Translations under genes and position numbers: made by a program
Shown here: piece by piece, positions 63,367 through 64,000 of the stretch
How the letters are laid out: every line of letters begins with the position of its first letter
How positions within the stretch are numbered: position 1 is the first letter of the stretch
The notes under the pieces: generated by a model
Databases searched by the model: none
What the model was told of the DNA's origin: nothing
Seen by the model: the letters and a program-made list of their open reading frames with translations, nothing else
NCBI GenBank assembly: GCA_051294905.1
Contig: CM119371.1
Coordinates: 38,194,001 to 38,258,000 of the forward strand
Direction of reading: 5' to 3'
From: Botryllus schlosseri
Lineage: Eukaryota
Length of the DNA: 64,000 bases

Positions 63367-64000
63367 AAGGATTTTCTGTATTGCGTTGTTACTATAGCTG
63401 CACTGTTACATTGCGGACTTCATGGTGTGCAATTCTGATTGTACGCCATATTTTGCCTTTTTGCTTTAGATTTTCCGTCTGTTTAAATCCCTATAGTGTG
63501 CCGTTAACTCTTGAAAAAGGGCTCATGAAAAGTCTTCGAGTTCAATAAATATTTTATTACAATGGATGTTGTATTAAAATCAATTACAAGTAGAAGTAGG
63601 TGAAGAGAAGGTGATTTAGAGCTGCTAAGTTGAAGTAATCTTAAATTGTTAACACTTGAGTAATTAGTGCAGCTAGATCAGATCTACTTGAGTAGAGCAG
63701 TATATACTTCGTGACTGACCACCATTGCTCCCACGTGTCCATGTGCAGGCTTTATAGTTCATTACATATCCAACAATGGCTGAATTCAGAGGAGAAGTGT
63801 TATCATATTTTGAGAGCCGTCAATGAGGACACTTTTCACACGGTGCAAAATATTCTATAGTGGACGAGAAAACGAGTCATTTTCCAATACAGCTAATGAC
63901 ATTGGGTCAATTCCCCCAATAACCGCTTATAGTTTAGATTAGGCAAGTTGACTAGGAGTAAAACAGGGCACTTTTAGTACTCGTATACCTATGGCTGTGT

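Overview
Eukaryotic (invertebrate animal-like) genomic DNA in two parts. Part 1 (1 to ~21.65 kb) is a nested mobile-element system. A ~14.9-kb Maverick/Polinton (2562-17497, AGTAGT termini, exact 6-bp target duplication CTCGCG) sits inside the ORF of a foldback-type Mutator (MULE) transposon whose arms are inverted AGCTAAT-repeat arrays. Removing the Maverick restores one continuous PHD + OTU-protease + MULE-DDE reading frame (~990 aa from the first ATG). The Maverick keeps an intact integration and virion module: packaging ATPase, split PZ-like pair, DDE integrase with chromodomain, small membrane protein, three tandem minor-capsid paralogs, PW-like protein, major capsid and adenain protease. 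Its DNA polymerase B is only a truncated relic with altered catalytic motifs, and its 1223-bp terminal inverted repeats carry a second copy of the protease gene. It therefore looks like a recently inserted, helper-dependent Maverick. Part 2 (~21.8-64 kb) is host DNA with minus-strand genes: 13-exon DNAJC7 (with a duplicated J-domain exon), intronless PSMC2/Rpt1, a 4-exon divergent GST-omega-like gene and a C-type-lectin-like exon. These lie among many hAT MITEs, a TTAA-targeting element, tRNA-derived SINEs, a telomere-repeat-bearing element and a LINE 3' fragment. Exon and repeat coordinates were read by hand, and no database searches were run.
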